A stretch of DNA of 63,580 nt, filler included, from Choristocarpus tenellus KU-1152 (taxonomy: Eukaryota; Protista; Phaeophyceae), in assembly GCA_964200185.2 (NCBI GenBank). It is 7 parts of 7 records of this genome, joined end to end, with 100 filler letters (N's around TTAATTAATTAA, not from the genome) between each part and the next. Parts side by side here need not be neighbours in the genome. Positions count along the whole stretch, not along the records: positions 46,448 to 60,643 come from CAXNAD020001257.1; positions 60,744 to 63,580 come from CAXNAD020024314.1; 5 more parts are not named here. The stretch is one strand, 5' to 3'. Of the stretch, positions 49,682 through 61,236 are shown piece by piece. The notes beneath the pieces were generated by a model. That model was not told where the DNA came from. It saw only the letters and a program-made list of their open reading frames with translations, and did no database searches. How positions within the stretch are numbered: the first letter of the stretch is position 1; each line of letters begins with the position of its first letter. A program made the translations under genes and the position numbers.

Positions 49682-52655
49682 AGTAGTTGCCATCATCACG
49701 TCTCCATACTCGCACAACGTGCGATCATTGAACAACCTCATGAGGCCTTCAAGTCTTGAATGCAAATATTCTCCTCTTACACACACACACCGAACAATAT
49801 AGTCACTCCACTTAAATGCGATACACACAACAACATGGCATCATTACAACCCAAAATACCAACCAAAACAACTAAAATACACATTCGTGGTAACACAAAA
49901 GAAATTCACCCTACAACAAGTATGGGTTCACTTCGCAAGTGCGCTATGGGTTGGGAAGTCTCTGTGCCTATAGCATCACCCCCACGATGGCAGTACTTTC
50001 CAGTCACCTTGTCCAACCCTGTGTGCATACCCCTGACTGACCCTCGAATCAATCCTATTTTTCCATGCCATATCCACACAACCTCGTCCCTACCCTGTCT
50101 GTCAGTAGGGTGCAGTTCAACATCCATTTGGACCTGAGTGTCTCACCCTATCATGGCGTCTGCAGGCAACAGGCCTTGCCCAGCTCCCATTACATCTGTT
50201 GCACCATGACTGTGATAATCCAGTAATGTTGACTCACCAGTTCCACATGATCCACATAACCTACCAGTAACAAAGAGTGTACCATCCTCTTTTGCGCCTT
50301 TCTCCTCCCCACCAAGGGAAAGCTCAGTGCTAACACCGTCCACATTTCCGTTCTGATTGACTCTGACGGAAAAATTATCAACGCTAGACTCTCTACCTTT
50401 TGAAACCTCCACCCCCTCCCCAGCATGAACTTCATTGCCAACAGTCACAGCGCCTGAAACACGTGGAGGGGACATGTCAGCCTGATGGATGAAGGCTCTC
50501 TCTAATACCTTCTCCAGACTCTCTGCATCACGCATGGGTACCCCTCTTAGTTCTTGAATGCTGTGAAGAAAGCGCCAGATGCGCCGGGTCCAGTATCTGA
50601 ATGATCGAATCTCCCCTGGGGCACCACATGCATCTATCTCTCCTGGGTAAGATCCATCCATACTACACGTATCACAAAAACAAGTGCAGGTATAAATACA
50701 GCTGTCAATTGTTTGAAAATGAATGTTTCCATGCCCTGCACCACATATAAATTTCCCACTTACGAATGCAAATGAAACAGCTGGAAGGCTATTCCAAGTT
50801 GAGACGGGTTCAGGAGGCACGATAACTTTTTTTCCAAGGTTGGTGTGTGGTATAATGATAACATGAAAAGTAGGCAGCACAAAAATTGAGGATACCTGGC
50901 TAGTCCTTTGCTCAACTCTATCCTCAACCCTGACCCAACAGGCCAATACATTACTATGGAAGCATCGCTTGAATTCCAGACACCAGGTTCTCAACTTCAT
51001 CTGATAGGTTCAAGAAAATGCAGTTGAATGTGGCACCAAGGCCGCACACAAAAAGGCCAAGGACTCCCCAGCAAAGCATCCACTGTATACAACAAATCTA
51101 TCCACTGTGGTACTTAGTTTCAATCAGGCTTCATGCTTCATTCAAATGACAGGACTGACCCGGTCCTCACCTTGCATGGACAAGCACAGACAAAGACAGT
51201 TTCTCAGTGGTCGTAACATGTATGGTATTCAAAACAAGGAGTGAGAGAAACCGACTAAAGTCCGCCAGGCTATCCACTGGTGAAGATGACACACCAAGCA
51301 TAGCCTTGCTCTCACCAGGGTATTCCCTGTAATGTGTGCCCAGACGAGGTCAATCAGATTAAACCAAGAGATGCTCGGGACACAAATCTTGAACTGCATA
51401 CAGCATGGTCACACAACATGTCACAAGAAGGCACACATTGCCATTTATCGAAGCCTCCACCTTCCGCTCCCAAGAGTGCAAATAAGCACAGGCAAAGCAA
51501 AGACGGGCTATAGCCATGAACACACCCTTGACAAATACACCTGTTCAATATGGACACTTACTGGTTGTAGCGGTCTATGAGGATAGGCAGCCAACACGGG
51601 TATGCCCCCCCAACCTTCTCATCAGCTCGCTTTGTCAGCTCCTCCTCTGATGATGGATCAACCCGCATGTACATACGGCAGTACATTGCACAAGGAACAT
51701 TGTGGTAAACAAATCTAAAGACGAGAGGGAACTGATTGGACGACACAAACCGCAAAAAAGAAGTTGCACTGTGAACGGCAATGTGAGCCATGCAGCTTTT
51801 CCATCTCCAAACACTATCAAGAAGACTTCCTGCACAGGTAGCAACATTATGCACCGGCAATACCCAACATCATCAAGTCACGTCACCGCAGACAGCCAAT
51901 GTGGCACAGAAGAGCAGGCCTCACTCCCTATCATCCATCTGGGCTCTGGGTATACTTCAAGGACAGTCATCAGCATAACCCACCTCGAACCCAATGTCCT
52001 CCTGCCAGAATCAAAAGGCTAAGACCTACAAGATATCCCCTGAAAAATGCATCCATTCACATGTGCCATCCATGACTTCCAGAAAGTCAATCTGTTCTTC
52101 CAATGTAATCAAAACTTCGCGTCAGGTTAGTAAATATACATGTTGTGCTAAATGTCAGCAATAACCCCACGTCCAACAACACAGTCCAATACTCAGGCTT
52201 GAACGAAAAACTAGGAGACTGCAGCACAAACTACCTCACCCGCTGAGATATGTGATGGAGAACTGTCCACTGGCTTCATTGTGTCTCCCTTGAGCTCCCT
52301 TCGCTTTTCTGCCACAAACAAAGGGAGACCTCCATACAAGCGAAGCCAGTTCTCAGCCAGCAGAAAGTACTCTCTTACAGCACAGTCTGATTTTGCACAT
52401 GTGACGGAGCCCTTATTATTTCCATTGCCTCGTCCCTGAGAAAGGGTACATAGATGTGTGTAAATTTCCAACAGCGAAAAGAACTTGTCATAGAAGCATA
52501 AGAACGTGAAATTTGGAGAGTCATGCAATAGCACAAGCAAAAATCGAGTCAAGTTGGGCCTATGCAGCGCGGGGAGGGGGGGGGGGGGGGGGGGGGTTGN
52601 NNNNNNNNNAAAAAAGAAAAAAAAAAAAAGAAGAGAAGAGAAGGAGGAAGGGGAA

Positions 52656-52720
<65 letters not shown>

Positions 52721-55700
52721 CTCTTTTTAGCCAATGTACACACAGAAATAGTACTGTGTGTAAGGCAAACGAAGGCATGATTCAAGACCCTGACTATGAT
52801 AAAAAACGATATTGGTCATAGGTTGCAGTTGACTGCAATTTACAGTTCGGGACTACTGTTTTGGTAGTGGTTGGGGGGTTGGGTACCGTTGAGTAAGGGC
52901 AGAGTAGACCCTACGACTGACTGTACAACTGCCTCCACTCTTCGAACCGCCACCTACCCTTCTTGCCTCATGACCACGTACAAGCAGCCCGCCCCCAGCG
53001 CTAGCAGCACGCCTGCTTTCCTCTGCACTGCTCACCATCCTCAACCTACAGGGAACATCAATTAGCTTGGATACGACTCTACATTCTAATCGAGAAGACC
53101 AGGTACACACTCCTTAAACCCAGTTGGGGTCAGGGTCCAAAATACCTCTGTTCAGTTAACATCAGTCCTTTTGACTGGTTGACCTACCCACATTACACTC
53201 GAGAGGAGATACAGCATTGCCCCCAGGAGAGTATTGCCTTCTGTGTCTAGTCATAGGGACTATGATAGACAGGGTGCAATATCAATGTGGGGTCTTTGGC
53301 GCAGCAAAACTGAGCAAGGCAACGACGCTTTCATCAATCCTACTGACCTGCATCTCAGTTGTGCACTTCTGCGCATCTCCCACAGTGGGAGTGTTACAAT
53401 GCTGTGAAGCCATTGGATGATACATGTGAATGCAGTCACCCCTACCTCCACCAAGGACCATTGTGGGGGCAACACGAGACTTCAACAACTTCAGCTTCAT
53501 CCATACGGATAATGGAGTGCTCCTTCGCACAAACTGAAGGGATGCTTGCTTGGGGGATCTTCCTGCAACAATAATCCTTACCAGTGGACTCAGCTTTCTC
53601 AGTACTTGTACCGGTCCTGGACAACATTTATTTTTTCCAGATGGCACTCCTCTCTCTCTCTTCTCAACGTACTCACTCACTGCGGTGTGCTCTCAACCTC
53701 CCACCACTGCATCCTTGTCCTACCAACACAGCCAACACTCAAGGAGGTTTCAGCACTTCTGTTTCATATCAGACTCTCTCAGTATCTAACATTACCGGTG
53801 CCGCCGCCAAGGACACTGGATTGACTGAGTTGGACTGTTGCAAGGGTAGGAAAGATAAGACATGTGCTATGTTACAGCTCACTGCACATCACATGCCTCG
53901 CAGACCCCCCCTTACTCGCTTGCAATCCTTTGAGCACACCTCCTCTCTATCAGAGAGACGAAGGAATCGAGCATATGTGTGGTGTGCCCTTTGGGGCCTT
54001 GGCATGCAAGGGACAGAGGACCAACCGCAGAAGTGGGATGCGCACCCTTTTCTTATAAGATTCGTGAAGTCAATGCCTTGCAACCAACAACATTGACACC
54101 GTTCTGCACTTTATCGACTTTTTATGAACCTCTGCAGCATGTGTCTGCCTTGCACCTTAGGTATCCTGAGAGGCTACAACTGCCACAGAAAAAAGCACAC
54201 ATACATTATTATACAGTGCAGCATGCTGTTGCAGAACAGTAGCAGAGTAATGTTCTTAGAACACACGCGACGAAAGACAGCGAGCAGAGGCATGAAACCA
54301 AAAATGGCGTAAAAGCCATTAACGTATGACATAGGCCCCCCCACAAATAGTGGAAGAGCTGGTTAGAGCCGGCGTAAGACGGAGCTGAAGGATCAACTTG
54401 GAGGCATGCACGCAAGCTGACTCGTGGTGGCAAGAGTCGGTACCCGATTGATAGACACACAAGCCACAACAAGACTACAAGCAAACGCACCATTCAGGAG
54501 GTAAGCCACTAAAAATAGTGAACTAGAGCCAACCCAATTCGAGGGGTGTTGAGTTTCTATTCCTTTTAGAGTCATTGGCTCAAGTGCACAGGAGCAGACG
54601 AACAAGGATGACAAACAGCACTGTTAATGCACAGATGTATGGACCAATGGGAATTACTTTGGTTATACATGGTATTATGTGAGGGGCACTTAAAAGGTTT
54701 ACAAGGGTTATTCCGGAAAAAAAGTACCACAATTTTTGGTACAGCTGTGAAAGTGTTAGGAATGAGGATAGTTGTGCAGGCTGCACAAGCAGATCCTTCC
54801 AAATAGGACATTCTTGACAACAGGTGGTGAGGCCACGACTTGGCACTGTGCATGCCTCCGTTCAAGTAAATACTACTCCAAACTCATCCCTCTTTCCGTA
54901 ACTCCATTGATCCGACAGATCCCAATGTCCAATGGTGGGAATATTTGGTACAGAAAAAATCCTTAACATTCTTCTTGCCCAAGGCCACTCTCCTGCCATG
55001 TTCTTGTAATACACTCCCTCACGCCGGGCAAAGCACCCCATGGCAAGAGAGCTGAAAGTTCAAATACTGAAGCGTTTCAGGAAAATCAAGGAAGGGGAAC
55101 AACAACGCTACATAGCGCTCCCCCTCATTCAGTTCCTCAGTCACCCAACATCATGTTGAGCCATCTGTACGTGTCCTCTGTGCCTACTTTATGTTGCTCA
55201 GCTCCAACTCCAACTCCAACATGAAAATGACCTTCGAAGCTATTAATTATTAATTTATCATAACACTAGACCCCCTAAAAAAATACAATTTCATCCTTCC
55301 CTCGTGTACTGGTGTGTGATCCTTTTCCAACACTAATATCCCACTACACCCTACGACCTAATATATGTATCAAAATGCCCCCTTTTACGAGCTGATATTT
55401 GCATTACTTCGTCCCCATGGCACTCCAACATCATGCTGCTCCCCCATACCATAATTGCAATAGATATATTCGCCCTCCATATGCTCAAACGCCCACTCCT
55501 ACCTTGACACCATAGTGTCCATATAGCCCAAAATTACCCTCACAATACACCCCATTGCAAATTCACCACACGTTCGCTCTCGTTGAGGATCAAGTCCTAC
55601 CTACTACTGTCCTTACTTGAACATCACACTGCAACCCCCAACTGAAACTAGTACCCATATTACTTAGTTACAGTTTGTGACAATACTTGTGTTATTGCCT

Positions 55701-56723
55701 CCACAAAAACTAACATCGAATTAACTTCCCCTCAAGCATCAAGAGGTTAGGAATCAAGTCTGTCCCTCAAAGATCGCAGTGTACCTTTCACCGTCGCATT
55801 TTCTCTGTGAGAGCCGCGTGTCAAGGAAACGAAACACACCACCCTCGACTTCATTGCAAACCCTAAACGCCACTTGACACTGATTCCTCGCCCACATGGT
55901 TCTCCATTGCAATGGTTTGAAGGTCTAAACTAAGGCACCAGCATTAATTAAATTCGTCCGCATTTTGTCCATGGTTTAGGAATCTCTGCAATGTGCAAGT
56001 ACCCTTACCTTGAGTTTGGGTGACAGTGCAATGAACGCACCCTCCGCCAGCGCGAAGAGCTCCCTCAGGGACTGAGTTATGATGCACACAAACTTCATTT
56101 GATGGATAGTTAGACGTATCCCACGCTGGCAGCCACAGAGGACCATCAGCCCTGCGCACGTCTGCAGCAACAATAGTCAAGACACAGGGGGAAGGGATTA
56201 CTCCTGAGACATTTCATCCAAGGAACAAAGTCACGACTTGCAAGTCACTTTTGGACTTCCACACCCTCGACATACAAGTAGGGTGCCCTTCCACGTAATT
56301 TAGAATCAAAGCGTAGGATGACAACCGGAATTTCGGCTCCGAGAAGTCGAAGGTAATTCGGTGCGACAAAAGGATAATGCAGTAGCAGGTTTGAGATGAT
56401 TGATATCGAACCTGAACATCAACTCTTTCTCCCAGGTCGCTTGTGACTCCTAGTAATTGGACCTCCTGATCCGTCACTCGGTGCTTCCTCAGTCCATCAA
56501 TTGTCCTCTGTGCCTTAGCTAAGCTCATGGAGCGCAGTTCCTCCAAGGTGGGCACGGTCTTCTCCACAAAGGACTGGGGGGTGGACGTTCGTAGCCCCAC
56601 AGCCATAAGGGCATTGGATATACCTCTCAAACCAGTGGCTGCACACATACCAGGCGGGGGGGGAGGCAATCCCGATGAGAAATGGGGTAGACCTGCTGAG
56701 AGGGGTGGTGGCCGGGGTATCAT
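49682..56723 (-). CDS. Large unidentified multi-exon gene (model incomplete)
   Basis: Phase-compatible chain 56723-56412, 56161-56009, 55804-55785 (20-nt micro-exon), 54845-54728, and a second chain 50642-50147, 49754-49682. Further candidate exons near 53600-53450, 53050-52890, 52430-52240, 51330-51170 and 51000-50896 could not be phased unambiguously. These pieces could belong to more than one gene. Confidence 0.55.
52570..52720. other. Low-quality poly-G/poly-A/N stretch
   Basis: More than 60 consecutive G next to a 10-N gap. It generates spurious poly-Gly and poly-Pro ORFs. Confidence 0.85.
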
Positions 56724-57056
56724 GATATAACATACAGTACTTGCACCACTGCCCGCTCTGCTTCTCTCTACTCTACTAAATGGTTTGAATCAGGTCCATG
56801 GAGATATGAAAACGGGACAATCATTAAAAAAAAGACGTCTCCATCTTATACTCATCTATTCTTTTCTCCTATTTATCCAATATTGTTGTAGGTCGCTGAA
56901 TCACCAATTCATTTTACATATTGTTTTGTGAAGATGATTTGCGAAGATAATTCAATTCATTCTTTATAATCTTTAGAATGGAGGGGAGAAAGATAATTTG
57001 AGCGATATATTGGCTAGGTCTCGACTTCAATACTTAACAAAGATTCTTTACTTCGA

Positions 57057-57310
57057 TATACATCTCTTTCATTTACGACAATTGTTACTTTTTTAGGGGT
57101 TGTTATGATATTGAATCGGCTTTTTATCGGTTTTTCCCTGACACATCTCCAAAATTGTAGACAAGAAAATAGTGTATTATAGTATTATAGGATATTATAA
57201 TACAAATTATTATGCTTGCGACATTTTTCAGATGTGGTAGGGGAATAACTAACGAAAACTTTCACGTCTAAAAAATCCTTAACAATTGTCGTAAAAGTGA
57301 AAAATGTAAA
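57057..57310. repeat. ~250-bp imperfect fold-back palindrome
   Basis: Nested inverted pairs TTTACGACAATTGTTA/TAACAATTGTCGTAAA, CACATCT/AGATGTG and TGTATTATA/TATAATACA, centred near 57187. Confidence 0.8.
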
Positions 57311-58167
57311 TAGTGTTTACACAAATGAAATTTACTATTGGAAAGTTTTATCATCCCATGTTCTGGTCGTATAGTGTTGGCAGTCGCCTCCTGCATCAAC
57401 TTTGTCGTGTCATAACTTTTGATCAACAACAATTTTTTCATGAAAATTCGTTTGCTGTAATCGCATCAGCGTTCTTAACCTTATTTGATGGGTCTCGGTT
57501 GTTCAACTTGCAGTAATCGTGAGAAATACAGAATCATACTTAACTCAAGAAGTCCCCGCGCACGTTTCGTGCGGGAATGTCACGCAGCACGCGCGATCCG
57601 CGCATTTAAGGATGATTTTGACGCCTGAAGAGGCGCCATCATCACCCGGAGAACACGGGGATTGTTGTATCTCCATTCTCTTTCCGTTATTTCCCTTATG
57701 GGATGTTGTCACCTGCTGGCTAAGGCTCACTCGTCATGGGGACTCAGACCTCTGAATCAGACAATCCATGCCAAGTCAAATGAGGTATTCTTAAGATGCA
57801 GGCCTCCTGTGAGACTTAAATGTCTTGTAAAATGTCCAATTTGGTGCACTCCATGCCTTTCTCGTTGTAATATATCAGGTGGTAAGCAATACTCAACCTG
57901 AAGAACCTCTCCTCAATTACTCTGGACAGTCCCCCTTCCTCCCTAAGACTGGCAGAATGTTGGCTCTCATTGCAGGCAACTTGTAGTCACAGTGGCCTCG
58001 TACATAATGCCTCGCCCCCCGCCACCAGAGACCTTCTCTATCAGGTTCAATTCACAGTATCCTGTGAGGGGCAGGTGACAACTCGGAGATCATTGGGCGT
58101 CACAGGGTCCTGTGAGTAGCTTAAACAGTATTAAGCCGAGGTTAACCCACGTACCGTTTTGGCGGTG

Positions 58168-58483
58168 ACCAATCTCGATTTTTTGTAAAGGGTTGCCCAA
58201 GGATTTAATCAACCATCAGCAAATCAAATGAACGCTCTGGATCTAGGCTATCGATTTATGCAAAGTAATTCGTTCAGAACAATAAATTTGATCGTGTTAA
58301 TTCACTCCGGACCATTTCCAAGGTTGTGCGGAAAACATTCGGTTAACCTTTATAACCTTACCAAAATAATGTTTCGAACAAATTACTTTGCGTAAATCGA
58401 TAGCCTAGATCAATAACTTTCATTAGATATGCTGATCGTCGTTTACCTCGTTGGGCAACCGTTTCAAAAAAATCAAGACTGGT
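58168..58483. repeat. ~315-bp imperfect fold-back palindrome
   Basis: Arms 58240-58281 and 58370-58411 match at 38/42 as reverse complements. Pairing extends outwards (GGTTGCCCAA/TTGGGCAACC, ATCAGCA/TGCTGAT, GATTTTTT/AAAAAATC). Confidence 0.9.
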
Positions 58484-59498
58484 GTCATTCTATAGAGTTG
58501 GCACCAAGCCCTAACCCTAACCCTAAGCAAAGGAGATAGTGCAAAGGTCCAAGAAGGAGACTCTACCACAAACCCAACTGCAAAACGGGAAACTGGTTGA
58601 GTCAGGCCGAGGGACGATGATAATACTCTGAAGCTAGAGTTAAGAGCAGGGGAAGCTTCCGAAGTTATGGAGGAAGAAAGTCGCACTGCTCAACACTAAG
58701 CAGGGGTAATGGCCAAGCTGGGGCGCCAAATACCTTACTATGATGCTGTATGGAATGTAATATTAAGACAAGAATGTAGTCATTGTGTTATAAGTTGTTG
58801 CTGTTGGTGAGATGACACCAAAGCAGGTTATAATCCACCCTTCAAGAGCACAAAATTGTGGAGGAAACATGGCGAAGGGATGCTGTGACAAGGCTTCTTG
58901 GAAACGGGTAACTCTAAGATAAACGATGGTCACATAAAACCCATATATATATATATATATAATGCGTGGACCTTGCACTATCAATATTTACTACTTGATA
59001 ATAAGGGAAAAATTTGGAACTCTGAGCTTGTCACCAATTTTAAAGGGACAGAGATGTGGTCTGTCCAATCCTTTTGCACATCTCGTCAAGAGACACAGAC
59101 GATGTGTCTTAATGGCGGTTTCGTAAACGCCACTATGACTTTTAAGTCCCAGATTTTATAAGCTTGACTATTTATTTATTACTTAGTCATCGTGAGACCA
59201 TACATGGCTGTGCCTTTTGGATCAGTTCTTTCTGTATACCCCAATCATAGCACAAAGCGAATAATTAGAGTGAGATAGGCCTAGCATATATTTGATTATA
59301 TTCCATTGCATCACCGTCTATGAGCTCTCATCATCAGCCAACGGGCTTGTGAATTAGAGTTACATATCCATCACGGTAAGCTTCGGAGAGTTTCGTAATG
59401 TAAGTGTTCCAAAGTTTGGTCAGAAGAGACTGTGAGCAGCTTATGGTAGAGGTAGTGGAGAAGTTCCAGACTTCAAATTGAGCAAAAAATAACGATAA

Positions 59499-59866
59499 GG
59501 GAGGGAGGAGGTCCTCTCAAACAGGTACCCAGTGGCGGGGTGCAGGAGGCAAAATGTCGACACCAAACATGCCCGTACCTGCCCCAGGGCAGGAGGAGAG
59601 GTTCGACAGCATACCCCCATGATGAAACGCCTAAGCCAATTATGCAAGGGAATGGGCATCCCTTGCACTACGGAGGACGTCAGCCCCTTTGCGGTAGACA
59701 GAAATCTCCGCATGGATCTAGTTTTCTATCCAGGGGCACTTGCGGATACTGGAACAGCTCCCTATCGGGACAAGGCCTTCTGCTTGATGTTACATTTACC
59801 GAAGTGCAGGCCACCTCCCATCTTGCACACTCATCCACCAGCAATGGTGAAGCTGCTGCTGCTTGT
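59499..59866 (+). mobile_element. CRE-like LINE fragment: zinc knuckle and first half of the RLE endonuclease
   Basis: GREEVLSNRYPVAGC..DTKHARTCPRAG..QH (degenerate CCHC), PFAVDRNLRMDLVF and, after a frameshift, GLLLDVTFTEVQA (R-x-D...D-V-T of the RLE). Confidence 0.82.
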
Positions 59867-60643
59867 TTTTAGAGGCCCAAAACATGTGGTTGAAATTATA
59901 TATTTATTATTCATATGGGAAAAGAACGAAGATAGGTATATTTATACCGTCCATGGTCAAGAACGGGTACAACAGCGTAAGGCATCATGCCATATAATAG
60001 CGCACTTCATAACCTCCTCCATCCTAAAATCGTCCCAATAGTTCCTCTTGCCCCCGTATCAGCAGGTACACAACTTGTTTACTCTCGGTATCGCTCACCT
60101 GTCTTCGTTCACATTTTGCCACAAATGTACCTGTTTTCGCCTGCTGTGAAGTGTTCTGATTGGACAAGAATTGAATCCTATTGTCCAACGCATCTTCCAC
60201 CTTTCCACCTTCCCTTTTTTCGTCCTCAACGCCATTACGTCCAAAATTCGTATCACCACACAGCAATTGGAATGGAACCATTCCGTAGGAACTATTCCCT
60301 CTCAGGGGGATCCATTCCCTTATGCCACAGTCTGTCCTGAAAAACTGGAACGTCTTTCAACAAGCTTCAATGAATACCTCCTTCCGTACAGTCATTCCGA
60401 CCATTCCCATATGCTACAGACGGTAGTCAACCTCAAACGCTTAAAAGTAATAATATTTTCGTGTGTGTCATTTGTATCAAAGCATACTGAGCAATTGCGG
60501 AGTCAGGTCCAGGCATCGTTGCTAGGTTATTGAAGGTTGGTGACCGTTACGCAACATCAGCAGAGTTGCTTATGGCAGGCGAATAACAGTTGTGGGTCAA
60601 ATTATCTGGGGGGAGGGGGAGGGTGGTTTGCGAGGGGGCGTCC

Positions 60644-60743
60644 NNNNNNNNNNNNNNNNNNNNNNNNNNNNNNNNNNNNNNNNNNNNTTAATTAATTAAN
60701 NNNNNNNNNNNNNNNNNNNNNNNNNNNNNNNNNNNNNNNNNNN
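60644..60743. other. Artificial contig linker
   Basis: N-run with TTAATTAATTAA. Confidence 0.97.
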
Positions 60744-60801
60744 CAAGCCCCACAAATGGACAAACAGGGAAAAATTCGTACCCTCTAAGATAGTTTCACT
60801 C
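60744..60801 (-). mobile_element. ~260-bp MITE, copy 6 (partial, cut by contig edge)
   Basis: CAAGCCCCACAAATGGACAAACAGGGAAAAATTCGTACCCTCTAAGATAGTTTCACTC is the reverse complement of the family left end. Confidence 0.85.
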
Positions 60802-61165
60802 GATGGGGAGTGTACACAATAAGTTGTTTTAGGTTTGAGAGTTCCAGGAACTCTTCATTGCCTGCACTCTCATGGGGGAGTGTGAAAAATAGGACAATAA
60901 TGAGGTGCACCTTATTTTGTGTATATGAGATTGTTGAGTTGAATTGAGTCCATGTTGTGATGTGTAACTAATAAAATAGTACATCCAGATTATGTATGGG
61001 ATTATGTATTTGTATTTATTCTGCATTCAACTAACTTTTCTATGACCGTTGACTCAGATAGGAAGCACAAATAAATAAATTAACAAGCAATGAGAAGACA
61101 CCACACACAAAAGGTCACTCTTCTAAATTTCAACCATCCATTCTTTTTTCACGTTCAGCAAAGGG

Positions 61166-61236
61166 GGTCGTGTGAGGCTTCACACTCTCTTATCTCCACT
61201 ACTGAGAAATAGCATTAACTCCCAAGGTAATTTGCA
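61166..61236 (+). repeat. Dispersed repeat (partner of 33528-33598)
   Basis: About 70-bp near-identity to the reverse complement of 33528-33598. Confidence 0.8.

Noticed and set aside
52506-52821. Poly-Gly and poly-Pro ORFs resembling formin or extensin
   Set aside because: They arise from a long G homopolymer beside an N gap, which is low-quality sequence.
56009-56500. WAPL-like appearance of the minus-strand gene's first exons
   Set aside because: Only a vague helical pattern. The diagnostic downstream WAPL motifs were not found.
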